A DNA stretch of 64,000 bases from Clostridia bacterium (GTDB taxonomy: Bacteria; Bacillota; Clostridia; UBA1212; DUPL01). Positions within the stretch are counted from its first letter, which is position 1, and each line of letters starts with the position of its first letter. Of this stretch, positions 40,955-51,409 are shown one piece after another. A program made the translations under genes and the position numbers. The stretch is from contig JBMNIW010000008.1 of the NCBI GenBank assembly GCA_050951325.1, forward strand, positions 256,001-320,000. The letters run 5' to 3'. The notes below the pieces were generated by a model that was not told the origin of the DNA, ran no database searches, and saw only the letters and a list, made by a program, of their open reading frames with translations.

Positions 40955-43300
40955 TTAGATATATTCTTCTATAAACCTTGACCTATTCTCTGAATTAAAC
41001 AGAAACGCAACTTTAACACGTGCTCTGGATACTGCCTGATGCCACAAACGTCTTTCAGAGGCAAAGGCATACAATTCAGGCTTTATGCCGAATAAACTCT
41101 TTACGTTCTCCCCCATCATTCTGTCCGGGAATCCCATATTGTACCTTCTGGCGTTGATGATGATGACGACGTCCGCACTTTCATCAAGATCGTATACGGT
41201 TTTAACGGGAATATCTGAAAGATTCATTTTGGAAGCCAAAACAATATCCTCCTTAAATCTTCCCACTAAAATTACAGAATATTCATTTGGGAGTGAATTT
41301 ATATAATTTTGTAAAGTGTTTTTCATAATCTCAATCTCATTTTCATCAAAAAGGGACTTTGTATCTTCCTTCTTGCATTCGTAAGACAAGAGCGTCACAC
41401 AATCGCGAGGACTTGCCATTTCACACCTTGCATACTTCCTCACCTGCATGGTGTTGCGTTCAACAAACCTTGCATTCATGCTCCACAATCTCTGTCCCTG
41501 GGAAAATACCCTTGTAAACTTAATGGACTCGGAGTGTCCAAAGAATCTCGAAAACTCCGTGAAATATGAAAAGTCGTAAGCACAAATACCACTCTTGGTC
41601 TGCCAGTCATTACCCGCAACAATTATACTTACCTTATCCATTACAATGTGCCATACATTCCTGAGCAAGTTCAGCATGTGTCTGTTCGTGTTGTGAAAAT
41701 CGTCAACAATAATATGTGTATAACCAAGAGACCTTCTCTGCAGCCTGATGGTCTCGGATGCCATCTGTACAATACCAAATGCATCCGTATTGTCACCGAT
41801 ATAGTTTAAATATGTTTCGTATACTGGCATAAGCAATGAAAACACACTTTCATTTCTCTTGTACCATCTGGTCTTTGTTTTCATGCTTTCTCTGTTCAAG
41901 AAAATGATTTCTTGCCATGTTTCAGAGTTGTCTCTGGCCAGCTGCAACAGCTCGCCAAGCACTACTGAAATTTCACGGATTAAAAACGGATTTCTCTCAA
42001 GAATGATTTTTAAAAGAGCATTCGCACTCATGGGAGCAAACACAGCCAAATGCTTCATGAGCTTTGTCTGCAAGTGGTCAACCAGAGTGGATTCCATAAG
42101 CTCGTAAGTAAACACATCCACCATCACAGTGTGGTTCTTTTCATGAATTTCTCTTATACGCTGCATCCTCTTTTTATATATCTCTGTAGGTGTCTCTGAA
42201 ACCAGGGACGTACCCGTGTCAAATCTGGCCTCACCTGCGGCATTTATTTCAAACACCTCAATATATATATCAAAGTCTGGCAGATAGAAAACTGGCTTGT
42301 ATGAAGTTCCATCATAATCCAGTTCTCTAACGCAATAGTCTTGCATGTACCTGTACCTTATATTGTTTCTGTACAGGAAGTCAGCTACAGCAAGATGCTC
42401 GTAATTCTTCATTCTGGTTCCGTCCAGTGCAATAGGAGGATATTCCTCCAGAAACTGCAAATAATCCTCATAATCATCAAAATCAAAAACAACACTACCT
42501 GCCTGCCTGAAGTTTAGGTAATAGTCTACAAACCTGGACTTGTACTCCTCTTCCTCCAACAACTTTTTAATTGTGCTTTCTGCAAATTCTTCATAGTCCA
42601 CATCAACAACATCAGGCACCTCTTTTCCATGGTCGGCAAGCACCTGAGCACTGTAGTCGATATATGTTTTGGCAATGGGCGAAATTCCCTCTTTTTCAAG
42701 CATCCGATTTACTTTATCAGCATTCTTTCCGCTATTGGTCAAAAACAATATATTATCCTCAGGCACATTTTTACCCTTTACCAGATACTTCACTTTACCA
42801 ACACAGGTATGTGTAAGTCCCGATGTACCTGCACCAATTAGTCTGAGCCTTTTTTCATCCACTACAACAGCTGTTTTTTGTTCCTTGTTAAGAATCACAC
42901 CATTTATATTAAATATGCTTTGATCTACAGAACCAATCATCTTGTCAACAACAGGCTTGTTATGTCTTTTTCTATACTTTTCAATCAATTTGAACATTCT
43001 GATTATCATGTTCAGATCATCTCTGAACACCCTGAGAATGTATTTGAAATCCTTGGACTGCAGAATTATGGACACTCTGTCATGAAGCTCCTCATGCCTG
43101 TCCTGCCAATCGAGCATTTCATTCAAGGAGACATATCTGTTCTTGTCTTCAAAGAGTTTCTGGAAATCCTTATAAGCTTTCAATGTATCGCTTTTCAGTG
43201 TTTTGAGTTCCTTTTTGAAAGCTATTCTTTCTTGCTTCCTTACCTTAAAATTCTCAATCATTCTTTTCATAACATCCAACTCCAAACAAGTATTCTCCAT
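40955..43300 (-). CDS. Helicase IV (UvrD-family) homologue with degenerate motifs
   Basis: LNKEQKTAV, GAGTSGLT, IIVDDFHN, AGNDWQ, ERRLWHQAVSRAR. Confidence 0.75.
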   Translation of the reverse strand: MENTCLELDVMKRMIENFKVRKQERIAFKKELKTLKSDTLKAYKDFQKLFEDKNRYVSLNEMLDWQDRHEELHDRVSIILQSKDFKYILRVFRDDLNMIIRMFKLIEKYRKRHNKPVVDKMIGSVDQSIFNINGVILNKEQKTAVVVDEKRLRLIGAGTSGLTHTCVGKVKYLVKGKNVPEDNILFLTNSGKNADKVNRMLEKEGISPIAKTYIDYSAQVLADHGKEVPDVVDVDYEEFAESTIKKLLEEEEYKSRFVDYYLNFRQAGSVVFDFDDYEDYLQFLEEYPPIALDGTRMKNYEHLAVADFLYRNNIRYRYMQDYCVRELDYDGTSYKPVFYLPDFDIYIEVFEINAAGEARFDTGTSLVSETPTEIYKKRMQRIREIHEKNHTVMVDVFTYELMESTLVDHLQTKLMKHLAVFAPMSANALLKIILERNPFLIREISVVLGELLQLARDNSETWQEIIFLNRESMKTKTRWYKRNESVFSLLMPVYETYLNYIGDNTDAFGIVQMASETIRLQRRSLGYTHIIVDDFHNTNRHMLNLLRNVWHIVMDKVSIIVAGNDWQTKSGICAYDFSYFTEFSRFFGHSESIKFTRVFSQGQRLWSMNARFVERNTMQVRKYARCEMASPRDCVTLLSYECKKEDTKSLFDENEIEIMKNTLQNYINSLPNEYSVILVGRFKEDIVLASKMNLSDIPVKTVYDLDESADVVIIINARRYNMGFPDRMMGENVKSLFGIKPELYAFASERRLWHQAVSRARVKVAFLFNSENRSRFIEEYI

Positions 43301-43618
43301 TCAGCCCATCTGACTTTATCTTACCATATTATCAGTAAAGTTTCTATAAATAAATGGATGTGTATAGTATCTGGAATGCGATTGGTATATAAATATATGC
43401 AAGTATGGCAATTATGTGCTGCAAACAATACTACTATGACTTGAGTTTCCGTTTTTTCAGATTTTTAATCGAAAAAATCTAAGCAAAGTTTTTTGCCAGG
43501 CTCTATTGTTGAGCCGCCTTCGGTTTCGCTTTAAAACAAGCATGCAAAGTAAGCCTAGTTAGCTAGGCTTCTTAAAAAAATATATCTTCCTACTCTTCTA
43601 CTTCTACTTCTGCTGCTT

Positions 43619-43980
43619 CTATGTTATGGGCACCAACATCAGTTGCTGAAACCGAGGTCGCCGTTCAATCCTTTGCCACTCTTTAATACCTGTCCGTGCA
43701 TAGTCTAGTGTATTTTTAATGCCTTGAGCCATTTGGTAATAGTAAAACAAAATGTCCGTTCGCAATCCTCTTGCATTCTCTATCATTTTATTAGCTAAGT
43801 TGTTTTTCTTGTGCTTCTCCTGCATTAGACCAATAAAACCAATAGCATATGTAAGCATTTTATTTAGATTATTGATTGATTTCAAGCTTCGAACTCTAAA
43901 ATCCTCAAAATTGTATTGAGTCTTTTTAAATCTAAAGTATTCTTCAATACGCCATCTAGACATATATAACCTAAGTATAC
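43619..43980 (-). pseudogene. 3' half of the split IS4-like transposase
   Basis: ILRLYMSRWRIEEYFRFKK (YREK-type motif). Confidence 0.85.
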
Positions 43981-44587
43981 CTTTAACTCCCGTGTTATTA
44001 AAAATGGTATCGATACTGAAAATATATTTAAACCTATTAAGTTTGATTATTTAAAAGAAAAATATAATTTAAAGGATGAAAAGATTTTACTCCACGTAAC
44101 TGCGGATTTTGATGATAAAGTTAAAGGGAGTAAGTACTTTATTGAACTTGCAAATAGGCTTGAAAATGAGAATATAAAGATTTTATTAGTCGGCAAAAAT
44201 GTTTGTAAAGAAAATCTCCCTAAGAATGTAATTGCAGTAGGAGGTATATATGACCAAAAAGAACTTGCTGCATATTATTCCATGGCTGATTTGTTTGTAA
44301 TTACAAGTATTAGAGAGACGTACCCAACAGTTTGTATTGAAGCTATTTCATGTGGAACACCTGTAATTGGATTTGATACTGGAGGAGTAAAAGAGACTAT
44401 ACCAGAGGGTATGGGTAGAGCTGTAGAAGCCTATAGCGTAGACGAGCTTTATTATGCTGTTCTTGAGTTTATTGGTAAGAAAGACAGTGTTTGCAAGGAA
44501 GTTATTAATAAAGCAAGGCATCAGAATAGTAAGGCTAGAATGATTAATGATTATATAGATGTATATATAGAGTTATATGAAAAGTAG
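43981..44587 (+). pseudogene. 5'-truncated GT4 glycosyltransferase
   Basis: RVIKNGIDT, KGSKYF, ADLFVITSIRETYPTVCIEAISCGTPV; begins abruptly at the IS junction. Confidence 0.8.
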
Positions 44588-44614
44588 GACAATAATATAA
44601 AAGAGGTAAAGATA

Positions 44615-47068
44615 ATGAAAAGTATTAGAAAGTACATAAGTTTAATTCTTCTTATATTTGTTTTTTGTACCGTGGTAGATGTAAATAACTTACCTTATTT
44701 ACATGCAGAAGAAGTCGTAGTTAATTTATATGACTTAAATAACAGCGTAGAAACCTTTGATTTAGATCTAGAATCTACATATGCTATTTTATTTAATGCG
44801 GGTATACCAATAAAAGAAGTACAACTTTATATCGACAATGCACCTGTTAATCGAAGCAAACTAGAAATGGATTTATATAGCTTTGATACCAGCTACGGTA
44901 ATACGATCCGTAAGGAAGCTATTGTTTCTAAAACCTTTGAAAGGTTTGGCAGAGATACATGGCTTTCCTTTGAAATTGGAAATATAAATGCAGGAGAATA
45001 CTTGCTCGTTATAACTCCGAAACAAGGGAATATAAAGGTAAAAGTTAGCGAGGGCAAGCTTGATACAGTAAGAATGTACGAAAATACATCAAGTTTAAAT
45101 ATGAACTTTTTCTGCAGATTAGTACTTGAAAAAGGGGATGGTAATAGTTTGGAGAAAGTATCTGATTTTAAAAATAAATTTATTGCATTGCCAGATACTT
45201 GGGCATGCACCGATGGATTGAATAGAACTCTTCCTTTACAAAAAGATGTGGGTAAAAAAAGAGAAGATAAATATGTAGGGGTTTTCTTTCACACATGGCA
45301 TTCAAGATTTTCAGCACATAGCTTTGCGGACATATCCCAAATATTAAAACAAAATCCAAATGAGAAAAATTCCTCAAATATAAATTGGGGAGATAAGTTC
45401 TCATATTTTTGGAGCGAACCTATTTGGGGTTATTACGATACTAGAGATAAATGGGTACTAAGAAAGCAAGCTGAGATGCTAGCCGATGCAGGCGTTGATG
45501 TAATTATTATGGATAACACAAATGGAACTGATATATTTAAAGAAGGACTCCTTTCGCTACTGCAGGTTTTTTCAGAAGCAAGAGCAGATGGTGTAAAAAC
45601 ACCTCAAGTGTCCTTTATGTTACCTATGTTTGGTCCTTATGAAGATACAGCAAATCAACTAAGACAGCTTTATGATTTGATTTACTCAAAAGGAAGATAT
45701 GAGGATTTATGGTTTTACTGGAAGGGTAAACCTTTAATGATGGGTTGTCCTGATGCATTAAGAGAAAGCAATCCTATTGATAAAGCTATTTTAGACTTTT
45801 TTACTTTTAGGCCAGCTAATCCATCCTATAGGGAAGACTACGCCCAAATTTTTGATGAGCAGGGAAATGTACACGTATATATTCGTCCGCCGGAAGGTCA
45901 TATTACATGGCAATGGATAACTGTAATGCCTCAGCAGGTGGCCTATAATACAGATGGAACACCAGAACAAGTCTGTGTATCTGTAGCCCAGAACTGGAGT
46001 AATGAACAAGGCCTTGCCCCTATGAGCTTTAATGAACCTGAAAAGCTTTTTGGAAGATCCTATTCCCACTCCCAAAAAGGCCATGACAAGAGGGATAACG
46101 CCCCTTTGTATGGGAAGAACTTTGAAGAACAATGGGAATTTGCTCTGAAGGTGGACCCGGAGTTCATTTTCATAACTGGATGGAATGAATGGCGAGCTGG
46201 GCTAAATAATGAGATATGGGGAACTAAAAATGCCTTTGCTGATACCTTTGATGATAATAACAGTAGAGATATTGAACCGTCAAAAGGTGATTTAAAAGAT
46301 CACTACTATTATCAGATGGTATCTTACATACGTAAGTTTAAAGGAGCATCCGATGTGCCAAAAGCATCAAAACCTGTAACTATAGATATACATTCAAGTA
46401 CTGATCAATGGAAGGATATTAGTCCGTACTTTGCGTCTTATCAAGGTAACAATTTGGATAGGTACTATAGGGGCTATGGTGGTTTAAATTATAAACAGGA
46501 AGGCAATAAGAATGATATTGTTGGTGCAAAAGTTGCAAGAGACGATGAATTTATTTACTTTATGGTAGATACAAGGGAAGACATACATATAGGTGATAAC
46601 TTTATGCGGCTTTTAATTGATGTGGAAGATACAAAACATAAAGAAGCAGCTAACTGGGAGACTTTTGAGTATATTGTAAATAGGGTTGCACCAGGGGATA
46701 AAGCAATTGTGGAACGCTCGGTAGGAGGATGGAACTGGGAGAAGGTAGGAGAGGTTGATTATTCTATTAATGGTAATCGCCTTCAACTTAAAGTACCAAA
46801 GGCAATGCTAGGAATTGATAGAGATGAGTTCACAATCAACTTTAAATGGTCTGATAACATGAAAGATGAAGGTGACATAATGGATTTTTATGTTAATGGA
46901 AATGTTGCTCCCGGTGGTAGATTTAAGTATAGATATTCCACTGCTACTGAGGATGCAAATCCTGTTTCTACATTTGTTAAGTACATAGTTCCTGTTTTAG
47001 TATTTGTTATTGTAGCTTCTTTTGGTTTAGCTATATTATTTAAAAAGAATAGAAAGAGAAAAGGTTAA
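44615..47068 (+). CDS. Secreted membrane-anchored GH99/GH71-like protein, paralogue of 37130..39844
   Basis: YVGVFFH, FWSEPIWGYY, AGVDVIIMD, ITGWNEW, SRDIEP, FKWSDN. Confidence 0.65.
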   Translation: MKSIRKYISLILLIFVFCTVVDVNNLPYLHAEEVVVNLYDLNNSVETFDLDLESTYAILFNAGIPIKEVQLYIDNAPVNRSKLEMDLYSFDTSYGNTIRKEAIVSKTFERFGRDTWLSFEIGNINAGEYLLVITPKQGNIKVKVSEGKLDTVRMYENTSSLNMNFFCRLVLEKGDGNSLEKVSDFKNKFIALPDTWACTDGLNRTLPLQKDVGKKREDKYVGVFFHTWHSRFSAHSFADISQILKQNPNEKNSSNINWGDKFSYFWSEPIWGYYDTRDKWVLRKQAEMLADAGVDVIIMDNTNGTDIFKEGLLSLLQVFSEARADGVKTPQVSFMLPMFGPYEDTANQLRQLYDLIYSKGRYEDLWFYWKGKPLMMGCPDALRESNPIDKAILDFFTFRPANPSYREDYAQIFDEQGNVHVYIRPPEGHITWQWITVMPQQVAYNTDGTPEQVCVSVAQNWSNEQGLAPMSFNEPEKLFGRSYSHSQKGHDKRDNAPLYGKNFEEQWEFALKVDPEFIFITGWNEWRAGLNNEIWGTKNAFADTFDDNNSRDIEPSKGDLKDHYYYQMVSYIRKFKGASDVPKASKPVTIDIHSSTDQWKDISPYFASYQGNNLDRYYRGYGGLNYKQEGNKNDIVGAKVARDDEFIYFMVDTREDIHIGDNFMRLLIDVEDTKHKEAANWETFEYIVNRVAPGDKAIVERSVGGWNWEKVGEVDYSINGNRLQLKVPKAMLGIDRDEFTINFKWSDNMKDEGDIMDFYVNGNVAPGGRFKYRYSTATEDANPVSTFVKYIVPVLVFVIVASFGLAILFKKNRKRKG

Positions 47069-47339
47069 TTAAAAAGATATGTAAATAAGTTTAGGGTAAT
47101 ATTTAAAACTAACTGAATAATTAATAACAGTGTAGGTTGTGCCTTAGAGTGACACATTTCTCATAAAGTGGGATCTTGCAGCGTTATCATGAAGATCCTC
47201 GTAAAAACACTTTGCTTATAGTATTCTTGAGCCTTCTGAACTAAATGTCAATGAGGCCTATTTTCAATAAACCAGTGTTCTCTAATAGCGTTTTTTTGCA
47301 GGAACAATCGAGCAGTTAGGTGTTAACAGTAAAAAAAGG

Positions 47340-47378
47340 AAGAGTTATGCAACTTGTCATATTTGCATAACTCTTCTT
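47340..47378. terminator. Intrinsic terminator
   Basis: AAGAGTTATGCAA...TTGCATAACTCTT hairpin between convergent genes. Confidence 0.75.
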
Positions 47379-47394
47379 ACTAATTTAAATTCTT

Positions 47395-49623
47395 TTATTT
47401 AACTCTAAAAAGCTTACTCCCATTTCCTTCTACTGTTATTAACATATCATTATTCAGAATCTCCAACTCTTTTTTTGTCAAAAGATCCTCAACTGTATTA
47501 TTGTTTAAGTTATCAAAACTAAGATTACACGACACAATATTGTCAGAAACATTAAGCACAAGCAAATAGCAATTACCATCTATAGCTTCTACACCTAAAG
47601 TCCGGATCTTGTCATTGTCAGAGTAAACTACAAAGGGGTTTATTTTGCTTGTTGTTTTATAATCAATACTCGCCATTACAACAATACCAAAGTCAAATAC
47701 TTTTTCTTCTTTATCAAACCATTGTGGTTTTAAATCAAAAGAAGTACATAACTCATCACATAGCAAATATCCTCTTTCTTTATAAAAACTATGTCTTAAG
47801 CCAACTTTTCTATAATTTGGGTGATAGAGCTTTAAATCCTCTCCATATCCTAAAACTATCCCTAACTTATTGTCTACATTAACCCATCTGCCTACAGAAC
47901 TAAGACTTTCCTCTACTCCTTCATGTTCAAACTTTAAAACGCCATCTTTATAATAATATTCACGTTTAAAATCATTAAAAACATCATTAGGTATATTTAG
48001 ATGAAACCCTTTTACTGCATTCAAATGACAACGCCTAAGTGTATATGCATATTGCAGTGTCATAGTAGTATGTCCATCCGGTAAAGCAGCAAACGCAATT
48101 TTATTTGCTACATTAGTATTCCTATCATCTTGCTCTTCTAATAACTGACTTGTTATTGTATGGTAAACACCACTTGTTACAAATCCTCCATTAAAACTTT
48201 CATTATTAAACGAGACAATTTGATTGGTATTAACTAATCCTCCACCTTCAACTCTACTTGTCATGTTGTATTGCCATTCTGCAAGAGAACTATCGTTTGT
48301 TGGAAGACAATGCCCCTGTGGACCCTCTGCACTTCTCCAAACAAAAGAAGCATATCGATTTTCGTCTTTAACAAACTCTGCTCCATGGTACTCATCAGAC
48401 CACGCACTTAACTCCTTTTTGTATTCCTCATTAATGTCATAATCACTTGTACCATATCGCTTTTCTATTTCATTATACTCTCTTCTCCAATATGCACCTG
48501 ATGAAATAGTACAAGCTCTATCTGACTCAAGGCGTGTAAAATAAAGAGGAGATTTCTCTACTAGAAGCTCACAACGTTTTGATAAAAAAGTATTATCATC
48601 ATTGTAATCCATCTCCTTCTTAACAATTTCAAGCCATCTCTTTTCTAGTTCATCGCAATCTTCATTAAGACAGTCTTTCACTAATAGCAAAACAGGTACT
48701 AAGTAATCTTGACAATAGCAATATCTAACTCTAGTATCACCACCAATTCTAAACAACCTACCATCTTCATATATAAACGCTCTAACAAGTCTCCATAAAT
48801 ATTCCATATTATGATATAAAGAAGCAGGAGCCATTTGTCTATATTTGCGGTATGTAAAGTGCAACATCGCAATATTAGATAATGTTATAATCATATAGCC
48901 CACATTGAGATAACCATGATGATTAAGTGAATAACTCTCAAAAAAATTTGCACCCGAATGCCAATCTTTTAAAGGCTTCCCGAAATATATTTGATTGCTA
49001 TCTTTATCAGAAGGAATTGATATTGCATTTAGCAAGAAACGATTTCCCTTCTCCTTATACTTTTCTACATTAGGTGCATCAGGATACATAAGTGCTGCAC
49101 GAAGCAAAGTTGCACCATTCCACATATTGCTTTCAGGTTCATTAGGGTGAATCTCATTTGCATTAACCGGCTTATTTATTAACAGCCAATCAGCTTCTGA
49201 TAAAATAACCTTCCTAAGCAACTCTTTGTCATCATTCGTTAGATAATCAAAGATTGCTTCTACACCATGCATCATTCTCTCTATACCTAAAGCACTAATC
49301 CAAGTGTGCCCCCACTTAACATTCTCTCCATCAGTGCAATGATAACTACCTTCTTTATGAGATTCTAAGTTGTAGCGTAGTAGCATAATACTTATTTCAA
49401 GTAATTCTTCTTTTGATATTCCCATCCTACGAGAATCGGCATAGGGATCTGTAGCTAATACTGCAAGTGCAGAAAACCCTTTTTGATGAGTCTGCACACC
49501 CCAACCATTTGTTCCAGTCCCATAAAATTTAAGAGTAGATCTGTCTTTTACAGAATGTATATCATTAATAGCAGATTTTACCCATCTTTCAAGAACTCTT
49601 ATATAATCTTTGTGTGAAACCAT
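47395..49623 (-). CDS. Hypothetical 742-aa protein, possibly alpha/alpha-barrel plus beta-sandwich polysaccharide-lyase-like
   Basis: Long ORF with AGGAGG RBS; WGHTW, PESNMWNG, NHHGYLNVGY; helical N-half and beta-rich C-half. Confidence 0.55.
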   Translation of the reverse strand: MVSHKDYIRVLERWVKSAINDIHSVKDRSTLKFYGTGTNGWGVQTHQKGFSALAVLATDPYADSRRMGISKEELLEISIMLLRYNLESHKEGSYHCTDGENVKWGHTWISALGIERMMHGVEAIFDYLTNDDKELLRKVILSEADWLLINKPVNANEIHPNEPESNMWNGATLLRAALMYPDAPNVEKYKEKGNRFLLNAISIPSDKDSNQIYFGKPLKDWHSGANFFESYSLNHHGYLNVGYMIITLSNIAMLHFTYRKYRQMAPASLYHNMEYLWRLVRAFIYEDGRLFRIGGDTRVRYCYCQDYLVPVLLLVKDCLNEDCDELEKRWLEIVKKEMDYNDDNTFLSKRCELLVEKSPLYFTRLESDRACTISSGAYWRREYNEIEKRYGTSDYDINEEYKKELSAWSDEYHGAEFVKDENRYASFVWRSAEGPQGHCLPTNDSSLAEWQYNMTSRVEGGGLVNTNQIVSFNNESFNGGFVTSGVYHTITSQLLEEQDDRNTNVANKIAFAALPDGHTTMTLQYAYTLRRCHLNAVKGFHLNIPNDVFNDFKREYYYKDGVLKFEHEGVEESLSSVGRWVNVDNKLGIVLGYGEDLKLYHPNYRKVGLRHSFYKERGYLLCDELCTSFDLKPQWFDKEEKVFDFGIVVMASIDYKTTSKINPFVVYSDNDKIRTLGVEAIDGNCYLLVLNVSDNIVSCNLSFDNLNNNTVEDLLTKKELEILNNDMLITVEGNGSKLFRVK

Positions 49624-49849
49624 AAATAACTTCCTCCTAAATGACTACAATATCGCCTTTATTATACATCGTAAAACGTTATTAATATATGTATAATTCA
49701 CTAAAAAATATAAAGTTCTAATTATTCTAGATACCTAAGCTCTTTATTTGGGGTAGATATATTTGAAACTCCCATACTTAGAACGTTTCTTTCTGGAAAT
49801 TACGGTATAATTAATTGTTATGATTTTTTGATTTATGCCAGCTTGCATA

Positions 49850-49995
49850 TATACATTACATACTCTCTAATACGATGATATGGTACAGTTGGGGGTATGC
49901 CTCTTTCACACCAGCATGCAGAAGGTTCTGAGACTCGAGCAAAACTAGCGTCATCCATAAACATTAATCGAACAATTCCCTTATATGTGTTTTTT
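49850..49995 (-). pseudogene. IS630-family transposase remnant
   Basis: VRLMFMDDASFARVSEPSACWCERGIPPTVPYHRIREY resembles the IS630 DEAxFGR..CW..G.RP segment. Confidence 0.65.
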
Positions 49996-50488
49996 GGTAG
50001 CCTAGCTGCTGGAATAGTTGTGCCTATAAAAATCGGTAATGAAAATTTGTGAGAAATTAGATTACGATCCAAATACTTCATCTCCAATATGACTGAGACT
50101 AACTCTTGTTTTAATCGTAAATACATGGGTAGATCTATGTCATAAAAGCAGATTTTACATGAATAATACATTATCCTTACATCACTTATATAATCATGTG
50201 CAATAATATCAAAAGTACTCAGATAAAAGAGTGCTACTAAGATTACTTTTAGATCTACTAGGAAAACCCTCTATTGTATTCACCGGTAGATGTAACTGCC
50301 CATAGCACAGCAAAATATGCAAGTCTAAATTTTAGCTTAAATCTGTCATCAAGTTTACTTAATTCCCTACATAAATGGATTTATTTCCATTGTTTGATGA
50401 AAGATACATAGAATGGGAACAGGAATGATTCATTCGGATCCTTAATCATTTTGAATTAGCAATGCATTATATTATAGGAGTGAATTAA

Positions 50489-51409
50489 TTGGAATATATT
50501 ATTGAAGTGAAAAAACTAACAAAAAGCTTTTCAAAAAAGACCGTTGTCGATTGTATTTCTTTTTTTGTTGAAAAAGGAAGTCTATTTGCATTTCTTGGGC
50601 AAAATGGTGCAGGAAAAACAACCACTATCAACATGATTATAGGACTGCTTAGTCAAGAAGAAGGAGAGATTCTCTATCAAGGTAGTTCTGATTTTAAAAG
50701 ATTCAAAAATAAAATTGGCGTTGTATTCCAGAACAATATATTAGATGATTTTCTTTCAGTAGAAGAAAATTTACTCACCTATAGCGCATTGTATCACAAC
50801 ACAAAAAGTCTTGCTCAAGAGCATTACGCCCGTGTGATTAATTTATTATCTCTTGATGAGGTCTGCAAACAACAGTTTCGAACTTTATCCGGGGGACAAA
50901 AACGAAAAGCAGAAATTGCCAGAGCCCTTTTGACAGCACCGGAAATTCTATTCTTAGACGAACCTACTACCGGACTTGATCCTAAGACTCGAGCAGACGT
51001 GTGGGCTGTTATTGACAATCTGAAGAATGTTGATGGAATGACCATCTTCCTCACCACCCACTATATGGAGGAAACTGCCTTAGCAGACAAGGTCGCTATA
51101 ATAAACAAAGGTAAAATTGTTGTAACAGGAAGCCCTTTAGAACTGAAAACTGAATATTCATCCGATAAGCTAATAATTACACCCTATGATGCAAAAACAC
51201 TAGAGAGCTATTTGACAAAGAATGAACTTTCTTATCAAAGGAACAGTAGCACCTATACATTAGAAATTTCAAACGTATCTCACTCTATTGATCTTTTGCA
51301 CAGCATGAAAGAAAACATTCGATTTTATGAAGTTACTAAAGGATCCATGGACGACGTTTTTCTAAATGTCGTAGGAGAAAAACTTTACACAAACGGAGGA
51401 ATCTCATGA
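50489..51409 (+). CDS. ABC-2 type ATP-binding protein
   Basis: GQNGAGKT, LSGGQKR, LDEPTTGLD. Confidence 0.92.
   Translation: MEYIIEVKKLTKSFSKKTVVDCISFFVEKGSLFAFLGQNGAGKTTTINMIIGLLSQEEGEILYQGSSDFKRFKNKIGVVFQNNILDDFLSVEENLLTYSALYHNTKSLAQEHYARVINLLSLDEVCKQQFRTLSGGQKRKAEIARALLTAPEILFLDEPTTGLDPKTRADVWAVIDNLKNVDGMTIFLTTHYMEETALADKVAIINKGKIVVTGSPLELKTEYSSDKLIITPYDAKTLESYLTKNELSYQRNSSTYTLEISNVSHSIDLLHSMKENIRFYEVTKGSMDDVFLNVVGEKLYTNGGIS

Noticed and set aside
47070-47335. Possible sRNA with a GGATCTT..AAGATCC hairpin between convergent genes
   Set aside because: One weak hairpin, no clear promoter and no known motif
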